A stretch of 47,389 bases of DNA from Candidatus Moraniibacteriota bacterium (GCA_003507445.1 DNVR01000010.1:1-47389), one strand, 5' to 3'; positions 25,500-34,844 are shown, numbered from the stretch's first letter. Made by a program: numbers and translations. The notes: generated by a model not told the origin, from the sequence alone.

Positions 25500-26185
25500 T
25501 GGGGAGCAATCATGAAATTTTGTTAGGACTTACTACCACGCCCAAGTCTGATTGGCTAGGAAAAGTGGAAGAAATGAAAAAATTCGGAATCAAAAAGATC
25601 GCGCTTTTTCCGACATTTCTTAAAATTAATGATCGCAAAGAATTGTATCGATTACTGGAGGATATTGAAGGTTTGGAAATCCCGCACGTGCACTTGAGAC
25701 ATCAGGACATGGAATTCTGGGAAGTCGAGCTGTTTAAAAATAAATACAAAACTCAATATTTCAATATTCATCCAAACATAAAACTTAATGCCCGGCTGGA
25801 ACAATACGCAGGAGAAATTTATGTGGAAAATATGTTTTGTGAATTTGAGGTTGAAAATTTGAAAAGATTTGCAGGAATTTGTTTGGACACTGAACATTTA
25901 AATAGGGTAGAAAAAATTGCACCAAAAACTCATGCGCAAACAATAGAATTATTGAATACACTTAAGATCGGTTGCTGTCATATTTCCCCCAAACGCAAGT
26001 TGAAAAACATTATAAAACGTGTTTTTCTTAATGCGTGGCGACACTATTTTCTTAGCTTGGATGAATTTGACTATATTGGACAATATCGGCAATATTTGCC
26101 ATACTATATCAGCCTGGAATTGGAAAATTCATTTGAAGAGCAGCTTGAGACAAAAAAATATCTGGAAAATATTTTGAGCATATAA
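25499..26185 (+). CDS. Hypothetical protein, possibly a xylose-isomerase-like TIM-barrel (sugar isomerase/epimerase) fold
   Basis: The start overlaps the rfbB stop (TAATG). The motifs IYVEN, ICLDTEH and ISLELEN resemble the E / D..H / E metal ligand strands of the PF01261-type fold. Weak call made by eye. Confidence 0.35.
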   Translation: MGSNHEILLGLTTTPKSDWLGKVEEMKKFGIKKIALFPTFLKINDRKELYRLLEDIEGLEIPHVHLRHQDMEFWEVELFKNKYKTQYFNIHPNIKLNARLEQYAGEIYVENMFCEFEVENLKRFAGICLDTEHLNRVEKIAPKTHAQTIELLNTLKIGCCHISPKRKLKNIIKRVFLNAWRHYFLSLDEFDYIGQYRQYLPYYISLELENSFEEQLETKKYLENILSI

Positions 26186-26307
26186 TTTTGAAATTTAAAT
26201 AAAATCTTAATTTTTAAACATTTGTAATTGAGACATTGGAAATTTATTGGAAATTGTTAATTGGGAATTGGAAATTTGGATATAATAAATTATAAATAAA
26301 TTTATAC

Positions 26308-27258
26308 ATGAATAACAAAACAATAAAAAATAAAGTGCTAGTAATAGGATCCCGCGGTATGCTTGGACAAGAATTGGTTGAGGTTTTTAAAAAAGATTTG
26401 GATTACAAAGTGACGGCTTGGGATTTTGATCAAATTGATATCACTGATGAAAATCAAGTGAAAGAAAAAATTTCCAAACTTGCGCCAAACATAATTTTGA
26501 ATGCTGCAGCATATAACGCGGTGGATGCTTGTGAAAAAGACAAAACTGAATTTGCCAAAGCAAAAATGCTAAATGGCAAAGCTCCGGGATATCTTGCAAA
26601 AATTGCTAAAAAATTGGATGCGACACTGGTTCAATATTCCACGGACTATGTTTTTTCTGGTTATCCTGATATTCCAGAACCAGCTGGTTGTAGTGGTTCT
26701 TGCGGTTCTTGTTCGCTGCATGAAAATTTTGCTCCGCAAATTGGATTTGATGAAAATGCAATTGCGCAGCCGCTGCAGAATTATGGAAAAAGCAAATTGA
26801 TGGGCGAAGATGCTGTTGAAAAAAATGGCGAGAAATATTATATCATCAGACTTTCAAAACTTTTTGGTAAACCCGCCAAAGCGAAAACTGGCAAGAAAAG
26901 TTTTTTTGATGTGATGTTGGAAGCGGGCAGAAAAAATTCTGAGGTTAAAGTGGTGGACGAAGAAACAAGTCTTTTCACATATGCGCCAGACTTGGCCAAA
27001 AAAACCAAGGAGATTATTGAGGCTGAAAAACCTTTTGGAATTTATCACGTCGCCAACGAGGGTCCTTGCACTTGGTACGAAGCAGTTGTAGAATTATATA
27101 AGATGGCTAAGATCAAGACTAAGGTGGTGCCTGTAAGTTCAGATGAGTTTCCTCGGCCCGCTGCTCGGCCATATGTTTCAACCTTGATTAACACAAAATT
27201 GAATCCACTGCGAAGTTACAAATTAGCACTGCGAGAATATTTAAAAAGTATAAAATAA
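26308..27258 (+). CDS. rfbD: dTDP-4-dehydrorhamnose reductase with a Cys-rich insertion
   Basis: VIGSRGMLG, NAAAYNAVDACE, STDYVF, YGKSKLMGE and RPYVS blocks. Extra segment PDIPEPAGCSGSCGSCSLHENFAPQIGFDENAIAQ. Confidence 0.85.
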   Translation: MNNKTIKNKVLVIGSRGMLGQELVEVFKKDLDYKVTAWDFDQIDITDENQVKEKISKLAPNIILNAAAYNAVDACEKDKTEFAKAKMLNGKAPGYLAKIAKKLDATLVQYSTDYVFSGYPDIPEPAGCSGSCGSCSLHENFAPQIGFDENAIAQPLQNYGKSKLMGEDAVEKNGEKYYIIRLSKLFGKPAKAKTGKKSFFDVMLEAGRKNSEVKVVDEETSLFTYAPDLAKKTKEIIEAEKPFGIYHVANEGPCTWYEAVVELYKMAKIKTKVVPVSSDEFPRPAARPYVSTLINTKLNPLRSYKLALREYLKSIK

Positions 27259-27268
27259 TTTTAAAAAA

Positions 27269-28516
27269 ATGGCTTTTGAAATAATAAAAAAACAGGATAA
27301 ACAAGTTTTTGATGCTATCAGTGGCGAAATGAAGCGCCAACAAGAGGGAATGGAATTGATTGCGTCTGAAAATTATGTTTCCAAGGCTGTGCTTGAAGCA
27401 TTGGGATCTGTTTTCACGAACAAATATTCCGAAGGATATCCAGGAAAGCGATATTATGGTGGACAGCAATACACTGATGTTATTGAATCTTTGGCAATTG
27501 AGCGTGCAAAAAAACTTTTTGGCGCTGAGCACGTCAATGTGCAACCTCATTCAGGAGCGCCTGCCAATATGATTGCATATAACGCAATTTTAAAACCAGG
27601 AGACACTGTGCTCGGAATGGATCTCTCTCACGGCGGACATTTGACACACGGACACCCACTAACACTGTCTGCACAAATCTATAATTTTATTGGATATAAA
27701 ACAGGTAAGGATGGGCTTATTGATTATAAGGAATTAGAAAAGATGGCCATTAAGCATAAGCCAAAATTAATTCTAGCTGGATTTTCTGCATACACAAGGC
27801 AAGTCGATTACAAAAAATTTGCGGCAATTGCAAAAAAGGTTGGTGCAATTTCAATGTTTGACATTGCGCACATCGCCGGACTTATTGCAGGAAAAGCAAT
27901 CGAAAATCCTGTGCCATTTTTTGACATTGTGACCACCACCACACACAAAACACTTCGTGGACCGCGCGGAGGAATGATTATGTGCAAAGCCGAGTTTGCC
28001 AAAGCGATTGATAAATCAGCTTTCCCAGGCTTTCAAGGTGGACCACATATGAATAATATTGCAGCCAAAGCTATTGCTTTTGGAGAAGCGCTTAAACCTG
28101 CGTTTAAAGTGTATGCAAAACAAGTAATCAAGAATGCCAAGATTTTAGAAAAAGAATTAACAAAGCGTGGATATAAAATTATGTTTGGCGGTACAGATTA
28201 TCATATGGTGCTTATTGATGTGATGGGCAGCAAAGAAGTTACAGGAAAAGAAGCAGAGCGCGCACTTGATGAGGCCGGAATTACGGTCAACAAAAATATG
28301 ATTCCGGATGACCCAAGAAGCCCAATGGATCCAAGCGGAATTCGAGTTGGCGTGCAAGCAATAACCTCTCGCGGGATGAAAGAAAAAGAGATTAAAATGA
28401 TTGTCGAGTGGATTGATGCGATCATTACAGCGCATAATGATAAAAAAACTCTCGCGGAAATAAAAAAAGATGTGACAAAATTTTGTAAACGTTTTCCAAT
28501 ATATCCAAAAGTTTAG
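27269..28516 (+). CDS. glyA: Serine hydroxymethyltransferase
   Basis: ELIASENYVS, SEGYPGKRYYGG, HLTHGH and TTTTHKTLRGPRGG. Confidence 0.95.
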   Translation: MAFEIIKKQDKQVFDAISGEMKRQQEGMELIASENYVSKAVLEALGSVFTNKYSEGYPGKRYYGGQQYTDVIESLAIERAKKLFGAEHVNVQPHSGAPANMIAYNAILKPGDTVLGMDLSHGGHLTHGHPLTLSAQIYNFIGYKTGKDGLIDYKELEKMAIKHKPKLILAGFSAYTRQVDYKKFAAIAKKVGAISMFDIAHIAGLIAGKAIENPVPFFDIVTTTTHKTLRGPRGGMIMCKAEFAKAIDKSAFPGFQGGPHMNNIAAKAIAFGEALKPAFKVYAKQVIKNAKILEKELTKRGYKIMFGGTDYHMVLIDVMGSKEVTGKEAERALDEAGITVNKNMIPDDPRSPMDPSGIRVGVQAITSRGMKEKEIKMIVEWIDAIITAHNDKKTLAEIKKDVTKFCKRFPIYPKV

Positions 28517-28534
28517 TAATAAAAAAATTAAAGG

Positions 28535-28621
28535 TGTCATCCTGAACTTGTTTCAGGATCTCTCGAAGCAGAAAGGTTGGTGCGTTAAAATTCGGGATTC
28601 CGGATCAAGTCCGGAATGACA
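28535..28621. mobile_element. MITE-like element of the TGTCAT...ATGACA family
   Basis: TGTCATCCTGAACTTGTTTCAGGATCT ... GGGATTCCGGATCAAGTCCGGAATGACA. Confidence 0.6.
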
Positions 28622-28666
28622 GATAAATTTATGATGGATCAACAATGTAAACCAAAAAAGCGAAAA

Positions 28667-29464
28667 ATGAAGGGAATTGTGTTGGCTGGCGGAACAGCGA
28701 CAAGGCTTTTTCCAATGACAGCAACCACCAGCAAGCAACTTTTGCCAGTATACGACAGGCAAATGATTTTTTATCCACTTAACACTTTGATTAAGGCTGG
28801 TATTAAGGATATTTTGGTTATTGTGGCACCAGAACATTCTGGACAATTTTTAAATCTACTTGGATCGCTATTGAAAAAACATGGGATTCATATTACATTT
28901 GAAGTGCAATCCTCGCCGCGAGGACTTGCTGAAGCACTGACACTTGGCGAAAATCATATTGGAGAGGACAACGTGGCTCTTATTTTGGGAGATAACATCT
29001 TTGAAGATGATTTCGCTTCACAAATAAAAGCTTTCCGAGGTGGAGGGCACGTCTTTGCCAAAAAAGTTTCTGACCCTGAAAGATTTGGGGTTGTGAAATT
29101 TAACAAAAACAATAAAGCGATTGAAATTGTAGAAAAACCAGTTGAATGGATTAGTGATTACGCTGTGACCGGACTTTATCTATATGACAACAATTGTGTT
29201 GAGATTGCTAAGAATATGAAACCATCGGATCGTGGAGAAATTGAAATAACAGATGTTAACAAAGCATATCTCAAGAAAAAACAATTGGAAGTTACATTGT
29301 TTGATGGGCAGTGGCTTGATGCTGGAACTCCCGATTCTCTTTTGGAAGCAAGTATTATTGTTAAGGAAAAAGGAATCAGCAGAAATTTTCATCCAATTCT
29401 AGATGAAGCAATCAAAGAATTCAACGAGGAATTGAAAATTCGCAGCAAAAAACGTTTACAGTAA
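28667..29464 (+). CDS. rfbA: Glucose-1-phosphate thymidylyltransferase
   Basis: MKGIVLAGGTATRLFPMT...KQLLPVYD. The start at 28667 is preferred because the 28616 ATG lies inside the repeat element. Confidence 0.85.
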   Translation: MKGIVLAGGTATRLFPMTATTSKQLLPVYDRQMIFYPLNTLIKAGIKDILVIVAPEHSGQFLNLLGSLLKKHGIHITFEVQSSPRGLAEALTLGENHIGEDNVALILGDNIFEDDFASQIKAFRGGGHVFAKKVSDPERFGVVKFNKNNKAIEIVEKPVEWISDYAVTGLYLYDNNCVEIAKNMKPSDRGEIEITDVNKAYLKKKQLEVTLFDGQWLDAGTPDSLLEASIIVKEKGISRNFHPILDEAIKEFNEELKIRSKKRLQ

Positions 29465-29470
29465 AACCTG

Positions 29471-29587
29471 TGTCATTCCCGCGGAGGCGGGAATCCAGGA
29501 TAGTAAAATAAAATAGTTGATTTATAATTATTACTATAGAAACATTTCGCGCTAAACCGTGGACTGCGGCTCAAGCTCGGAATGACA
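29471..29587. mobile_element. MITE-like element of the TGTCAT...ATGACA family (near-identical to 44192-44309)
   Basis: TGTCATTCCCGCGGAGGCGGGAATCCAGGATA ... CTCAAGCTCGGAATGACA. Terminal inverted repeats, a GC hairpin at each end and an AT-rich centre. Confidence 0.7.
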
Positions 29588-29595
29588 CGAAAAAA

Positions 29596-30468
29596 ATGCA
29601 AAAAATTAAAAAAGCTATTATTGCAGTTGCGGGTAGTGGAACACGTCTTTTGCCAGCGACAAAATCTATGCCAAAAGAAATGCTGCCTATTGTAGATAAA
29701 CCAATTATACAATTAGTAGTTGAAGAATTGGTTGAGGCTGGCATAGAAGACATCATTTTTGTTACTCGTTGGGATAAAAAACCACTGGAAGATCATTTTG
29801 ATCATAGCAGTGCATTGGAAGATGATTTAAGAAAAAATGGAAAAGTTGCTTATGCTGATGAAATTGAACGTATAGCTGAAATGGCAAATTTCATTCATGT
29901 TCGTCAAAAAGGTCCTTATGGCAATGGCACACCAGTTCTTTCAGCGGCAAGCTTGGTTGATAATGAGCCTTTTGTTTTTGTCTGGGGAGATGATTTGGTT
30001 AAATCAAGAGTTTCTTTTACCAAACAAATGATAGAAGATTATGAAAAACATGGTCATCTTATGATTGGCGTGCAAGAAGTTTTACCTGAAGTTGTAAATC
30101 GTTATGGAATTGTGAAGCTTAGAGAAGGTACAAATGAAATTGAAGATATAATAGAAAAACCATCAATCGAAGAAGCTCCATCATGCCTAGCTGATTTTGG
30201 ACGAATGATTTTGGATCAAGATTTTATAAATATACTCAGAAAAACTGCACTTGGAAAAGGTAATGAGCTTTGGATTGTTGATGCAATTAAAACATATGTA
30301 CAGCAAGGTGGAATATTTATAGCTAAAGAACTTAAGGATGGACAATGGCTTACAACTGGAGATCCATTGAATTATCTGAAAGCCATTATGGCGTATGCTG
30401 TAGATCGAGAAGACTTAAATGGAGAACTGAAAGAATACATTACCCAGCTTTACTCCCAAAAATCATAG
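29596..30468 (+). CDS. galU: UTP--glucose-1-phosphate uridylyltransferase
   Basis: KAIIAVAGSGTRLLPATKSMPKEMLPIVDKP and VQEV..VNRYGIV blocks. Confidence 0.9.
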   Translation: MQKIKKAIIAVAGSGTRLLPATKSMPKEMLPIVDKPIIQLVVEELVEAGIEDIIFVTRWDKKPLEDHFDHSSALEDDLRKNGKVAYADEIERIAEMANFIHVRQKGPYGNGTPVLSAASLVDNEPFVFVWGDDLVKSRVSFTKQMIEDYEKHGHLMIGVQEVLPEVVNRYGIVKLREGTNEIEDIIEKPSIEEAPSCLADFGRMILDQDFINILRKTALGKGNELWIVDAIKTYVQQGGIFIAKELKDGQWLTTGDPLNYLKAIMAYAVDREDLNGELKEYITQLYSQKS

Positions 30469-30470
30469 AA

Positions 30471-30499
30471 AAAATCCCGCTCAAAAGGCGGGATTTTTT
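30471..30499 (+). terminator. Intrinsic terminator after galU
   Basis: AAAATCCCGC TCAAAAG GCGGGATTTTTT. Confidence 0.75.
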
Positions 30500-30533
30500 A
30501 TGATTTTTTATAGAGAAGAAAAAAATTTGATTG

Positions 30534-30637
30534 ACCCCGTTAGAAATTTCACAAGTATGTATTCTTAAGATATTGCGAATTGAAAAATAAAGCCTAAATA
30601 TTGGTTAAAAATAAATTTTTGAAATTTCTAACGGGGT
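30534..30637. repeat. Palindromic element related to the CCCCnGTTAAAT family (ACCCCGTTAGAAATTTCA ... TGAAATTTCTAACGGGGT)
   Basis: Perfect 18-bp arms separated by about 68 nt of AT-rich sequence. Confidence 0.55.
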
Positions 30638-30696
30638 TGACACAAATCAAGCAATATGCCACAATAATTAACCATCTTTTAAAAGGCAACGGGGAT

Positions 30697-31389
30697 ATGT
30701 ATTGGATATACCTGACCATATTTACCTTTATAGTTTTTGTTCCAACCTTCGTGCGAAAGGGCTTTTATACTTTTGATGTGACTCAGACTCAAGAATTTGT
30801 GATTTTATTGCTTGGCTCCATCGCTATGGCAATGTATTTGTTTTTGGATAGAAAAATGAAAAAGAATGTTGCTGAAAAAGGCACCATTCAAATTCAAGCT
30901 AGTCGAATGAAAAAAGATTTGCAACAATCTTATTCATATATTGGAGAAATTAATCGTAAACTGGATATTTTAGAAAATATAGCTCTTGGATATCCTGAAA
31001 GTTCTAAATTGACACACAGAAATGAGAGTGAGCTGTACGAATCTATTATGGATGCCATCGCACTTTTTGGAAAATCAAAACAATTTGCACTGCGTTTTGT
31101 TTCCGCAATAGATTTTACCATATTTAAAGAAATTAAAAGTATCCCAAAAAATAAATTGGATTTTTCATTAAAAAATCGTAAGGTTGAAATAAATTATTTT
31201 GAATCGGAGGATTTTATTGTGGTAACGTCACCTAAAGCAATCGATAACATTTTTTCGTATATTGTAATAAAAAAAGAAATACCAAACCAGAAACTTGAGG
31301 ATGTTGAAATGATGAAAACTCTTGCCGCACAGGCGCTGTTTATTTTTATGTTTATGCGTCACAAAAAACAAATCAAATGTGTGATTTGA
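30697..31389 (+). CDS. Membrane protein with a cytoplasmic domain, function unknown
   Basis: Two N-terminal TM helices (MYWIYLTIFTFIVFVPTF; FVILLLGSIAMAMYLFL). The ATG at 30697 is preferred because 30601-30637 lies inside the palindromic element. Confidence 0.55.
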   Translation: MYWIYLTIFTFIVFVPTFVRKGFYTFDVTQTQEFVILLLGSIAMAMYLFLDRKMKKNVAEKGTIQIQASRMKKDLQQSYSYIGEINRKLDILENIALGYPESSKLTHRNESELYESIMDAIALFGKSKQFALRFVSAIDFTIFKEIKSIPKNKLDFSLKNRKVEINYFESEDFIVVTSPKAIDNIFSYIVIKKEIPNQKLEDVEMMKTLAAQALFIFMFMRHKKQIKCVI

Positions 31390-31456
31390 CCCTGCCATAA
31401 GGAATGGTTATACTTAGATAGTTAGCTGTATTTAAAAACTTTACGAACTACTCTAT

Positions 31457-31894
31457 ATGCAAGTAATATTCTTACAAGATGTTAAAAATGTTGGCAAAAA
31501 GGGACAAATAAAAAATGTTCCGGACGGTTATGCTCGCAATTTTCTTTTGGCTCGCAAATTGGCAACAGTAGCAACGCCAGCAAGTTTGGCGAGTGTTAAA
31601 CAAGAAGAGGACAAGAAGAAGCTCCAGACAGCCTTGGAAAAACAAACTGCTGCAAAATTAGCGACAGCTATCGAAGGCAAGAAATTTGTCATCAAGGCGC
31701 GGGCAAAAGATGGAAAACTTTTTGGTTCAATCACTGCTAAGGACATAAACAAAGAAATCAAAAAGGCTGGTTTTGATATTCCAGAAAAAGCTATTGCTGC
31801 TGATCATATTAAGGATTTAGGTGAAAAAAAGGTAATCATCAGCCTTGATTTTGGGATAAAAACAGAAATAATCCTAATGGTTGAACAAGCTTAA
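31457..31894 (+). CDS. rplI: 50S ribosomal protein L9
   Basis: [36 protein letters not shown]. Confidence 0.9.
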   Translation: MQVIFLQDVKNVGKKGQIKNVPDGYARNFLLARKLATVATPASLASVKQEEDKKKLQTALEKQTAAKLATAIEGKKFVIKARAKDGKLFGSITAKDINKEIKKAGFDIPEKAIAADHIKDLGEKKVIISLDFGIKTEIILMVEQA

Positions 31895-32010
31895 AAAAAG
31901 GTATATACTAGAAAATAAGGGGTTGGACTTTTTAGCAATAAAACAGGGGTCGCATTTAAGCGACTTTTTGCATATCCATAATATCTTAATTAATTAGGGG
32001 ATAAAACAAA

Positions 32011-33654
32011 ATGGAAAATCGAAAATACATCTTTGTGATGGGGGGAGTGATGAGCGGTGTGGGAAAGGGGATTACAACATCTTCAATCGGTGCAATTTTG
32101 AAAGCTCGAGGATACAAAGTAACAGCGCTTAAAATTGATCCGTATGTGAATGTTGATGCCGGAACAATGAACCCAACTGAGCATGGAGAAGTTTTCGTGT
32201 TGGATGATGGCGATGAAACTGATCAGGATATGGGAAATTATGAGCGTTTTATGGACATCACACTTTCTCGCGATAATTATATGACAACTGGTCGCGTGTA
32301 TGAATCAGTGATTCATCGTGAGCGCAATTTGGAATATGCCGGAAAGTGTGTGCAGGTTGTGCCGCACATTCCATTGGAAGTTATCGACCGCATCGTGCAC
32401 GCGTCAAACAAGGACAAATCTGAAATAACACTGATCGAAATTGGTGGAACTGTCGGCGAATATGAAAACATCCTGTTTATGGAGGCCATTCGTATGATGA
32501 AAATCAAGCATCCAGAAGATGTGCTTTCCGTGATGGTAAGTTACGTTCCTTGTCCTAATATGGTGGGAGAAATGAAAACCAAACCAACACAACACGCCGT
32601 GCGAACGGTAAACGCTGCTGGTGTTCAACCAGACATCATTGTGGCTCGCTCTGAAATGCCGATGGATGCCAAGCGCAAAGAAAAGATTTCAAATTTCTGC
32701 TCTGTGGCTGAAGAATGTGTGATCAGTGCTCCTGACGCCAAAAGTGTATATGAAGTTATTACTAATTTCGAACGTGACAACTTGAGCAAAATTATTCTTA
32801 AGAAACTTCGACTTAAACCAAAAAAATCAGATTTGAAAGAGTGGGAAGATTTAATCAAGCGCGTAAAAGGTCTTGATGGTAAAGTTAAGATTGGAATAGT
32901 TGGAAAATATTTTGGCACAGGAGACTTTGTTTTGTCTGATGCATATATCAGTGTGATTGAAGCAATTAAACACGCTGGGTATAAAGTTGGCGTGAAAACA
33001 GAGATGGATTGGATAAACTCTGAAATTTTCGAAAAGGATCCAGAAAAAATAGAAGAACTTTCTGAGTATGACGGAATCCTGGTTCCAGGGGGATTTGGTG
33101 GACGCGGAATTGAAGGAAAAATCAAAGCTATCAAATATTGTCGAGAAAATTTAATTCCATATTTTGGAATTTGCTATGGAATGCAGCTTCAAGTCATTGA
33201 ATATGCTCGCAATGTTCTTGGTCTTGGAGAAGCGCATACAACTGAAATAAACCGCGACACAAAACATCCCGTGATTGATATTATGCCTGAACAAAAAAAG
33301 AATCTGGAAGATGGAAACTATGGGGCAACAATGAGACTTGGCGCATATGATGCAGTGTTGGAAAAAGGCACTCTTGCATATGATGGATACAAAAAAACAA
33401 AAATTTCCGAACGTCACAGACATCGTTGGGAAGTTAATCCAAAATATATCAAACAAATTGAAAAAGCAGGACTTGTTTTCTCTGGAAAATCTCCAGATGG
33501 AAAATTGATGGAAATTGCCGAGCTTCCAAAATCTCAGCATCCATTTTTCCTCGGCGCACAATTCCACCCAGAGTTCAAATCTTCTCCACTCAAATCACAT
33601 CCACTTTTCTTTGAATTTGTAAAAGCATCCAAAACAAGAAGCGGAAAGAAGTAA
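32011..33654 (+). CDS. pyrG: CTP synthase
   Basis: KYIFVMGGVMSGVGKGITTSSIG, DPYVNVDAGTMNP, and a glutaminase domain with GICYGMQ and HPEF. Confidence 0.95.
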   Translation: MENRKYIFVMGGVMSGVGKGITTSSIGAILKARGYKVTALKIDPYVNVDAGTMNPTEHGEVFVLDDGDETDQDMGNYERFMDITLSRDNYMTTGRVYESVIHRERNLEYAGKCVQVVPHIPLEVIDRIVHASNKDKSEITLIEIGGTVGEYENILFMEAIRMMKIKHPEDVLSVMVSYVPCPNMVGEMKTKPTQHAVRTVNAAGVQPDIIVARSEMPMDAKRKEKISNFCSVAEECVISAPDAKSVYEVITNFERDNLSKIILKKLRLKPKKSDLKEWEDLIKRVKGLDGKVKIGIVGKYFGTGDFVLSDAYISVIEAIKHAGYKVGVKTEMDWINSEIFEKDPEKIEELSEYDGILVPGGFGGRGIEGKIKAIKYCRENLIPYFGICYGMQLQVIEYARNVLGLGEAHTTEINRDTKHPVIDIMPEQKKNLEDGNYGATMRLGAYDAVLEKGTLAYDGYKKTKISERHRHRWEVNPKYIKQIEKAGLVFSGKSPDGKLMEIAELPKSQHPFFLGAQFHPEFKSSPLKSHPLFFEFVKASKTRSGKK

Positions 33655-33698
33655 AAAGTTATAAAGTCAAAAGTTTAAAGTTTATAAAGCAAATTTCT

Positions 33699-33727
33699 TG
33701 TCATTCCCGTGAAAACGAGAATCTAGA
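33699..33727. repeat. Solo left end of a TGTCAT-family element
   Basis: TGTCATTCCCGTGAAAACGAGAATC. Its reverse complement matches the right end of the element at 45887-45956. Confidence 0.45.
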
Positions 33728-33743
33728 TTTTGAGTCTTTTAAT

Positions 33744-34304
33744 ATGTCCAAAGAATATCTTGATATTGTCGATGAAAAAGGAAATCTTACTGGAGAAAAA
33801 GAGCTCCGCAGTGTTTGTCATGAAAAAGGTCTTTGGCACAGAACGGTGCATATCTATTGCTATCGTTTTGCAAACAATGAATTAGAATTCATTGTTCATC
33901 TTAGAGCTAAAAATAAACAACAAAATCCTGATAAGTGGACAACTCGTTTTGGAGGTCATGTTGAATCTGGACACACATTGGAAGAAACAGTGACCAAGGA
34001 ATTATTCGAAGAAGCAGGAATAAAAGCTGAGTCAAAAAATATGATAAGTGGAATTAGGAGAATATTCGATGGATTTGCAGATTATAGTGATCCGCAGAAA
34101 AATAGAGAGATAACTCAAGCCTATTATTACAATTATGATAAGCCCGTAGAGACACTTGAATTTAATGATGGAGAAGTACAGGAAGCCAAATGGATGTCAG
34201 TGAAAGAAATAAAAAAAGAAATTTCAACCAAAGACAATTGGGTTCCCACAATACATGGTGTTGAATCTATAGTAAATGATCTTCTCTCGAAAATAACTCG
34301 ATAA
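33744..34304 (+). CDS. NUDIX hydrolase
   Basis: Nudix box GGHVESGHTLEETVTKELFEEAGI. Confidence 0.85.
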   Translation: MSKEYLDIVDEKGNLTGEKELRSVCHEKGLWHRTVHIYCYRFANNELEFIVHLRAKNKQQNPDKWTTRFGGHVESGHTLEETVTKELFEEAGIKAESKNMISGIRRIFDGFADYSDPQKNREITQAYYYNYDKPVETLEFNDGEVQEAKWMSVKEIKKEISTKDNWVPTIHGVESIVNDLLSKITR

Positions 34305-34336
34305 AAAAAGAAACCTCCTGCGAGGTTTCTTTTTTA
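34304..34336. terminator. Bidirectional intrinsic terminator shared by the NUDIX gene and rpmA
   Basis: AAAAAAGAAACCTC CTGC GAGGTTTCTTTTTT, with A/T tracts on both sides. Confidence 0.75.
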
Positions 34337-34382
34337 TGTGCGTGCATTTTATACGAAATACTACATACAAGATACGAGATAC

Positions 34383-34844
34383 TTATTTTGCTTTCTTTGT
34401 TTCTCTCGCAACCAAATGCTTTCTTGTTGTCTTTCTCATATTTGGTTTTCTTGCAACTTTCCAAGCTCCTTTTTTCTTGCCAGCTTCATTGGTCTTAAGA
34501 TTAACGCGAAGTTTTGCTCCAGCTTTCTTAGCACCAGTTTTCTTAGGTTTGATTTCAATCGGTGTTTCAGATTTTTCAACTGCAACATAACGACGAGTTA
34601 CCAACACTCCTGTAAAGTTTCGAACTTTCTTTGAAGTGAATTTTACAATTCCATCAACGAGAGCCATCAATGTGTCGTCATTGCAACGCATCACATTTTT
34701 TCCTGCGTGATATTTTGTTCCACGTTGTCGAACGATGATGTTTCCAGTTTTTACTTTTTGATTTCCAAAGATCTTAACACCAAGTCTTTTCGAGATCGAA
34801 TCTCGTCCGAGTTGGGTAGACCCACCGGCCTTACGATGCGCCAT
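34383..34844 (-). CDS. rpmA: 50S ribosomal protein L27 with a Lys-rich C-terminal extension of about 60 aa
   Basis: [51 protein letters not shown] is canonical L27. 153 aa in total, against roughly 85-95 aa for typical bacterial L27. Confidence 0.9.
   Translation of the reverse strand: MAHRKAGGSTQLGRDSISKRLGVKIFGNQKVKTGNIIVRQRGTKYHAGKNVMRCNDDTLMALVDGIVKFTSKKVRNFTGVLVTRRYVAVEKSETPIEIKPKKTGAKKAGAKLRVNLKTNEAGKKKGAWKVARKPNMRKTTRKHLVARETKKAK

Noticed and set aside
28616-28666. Longer N-terminus for rfbA starting at the ATG at 28616
   Set aside because: That ATG lies inside the terminal repeat of the MITE-like element (GGAATGACA). The conserved RmlA N-terminus MKGIVLAGG begins at 28667.
32625-33134. 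169-aa minus-strand ORF inside pyrG
   Set aside because: It is antisense to the conserved CTP synthase and its composition is Ser/Ile/Pro-biased, so it is a shadow ORF.
34336-34634. 84-aa and 98-aa plus-strand ORFs overlapping rpmA
   Set aside because: They are antisense to the Lys-rich (AAG/AAA-rich) L27 tail, which automatically yields Phe/Leu-rich open frames on the other strand.
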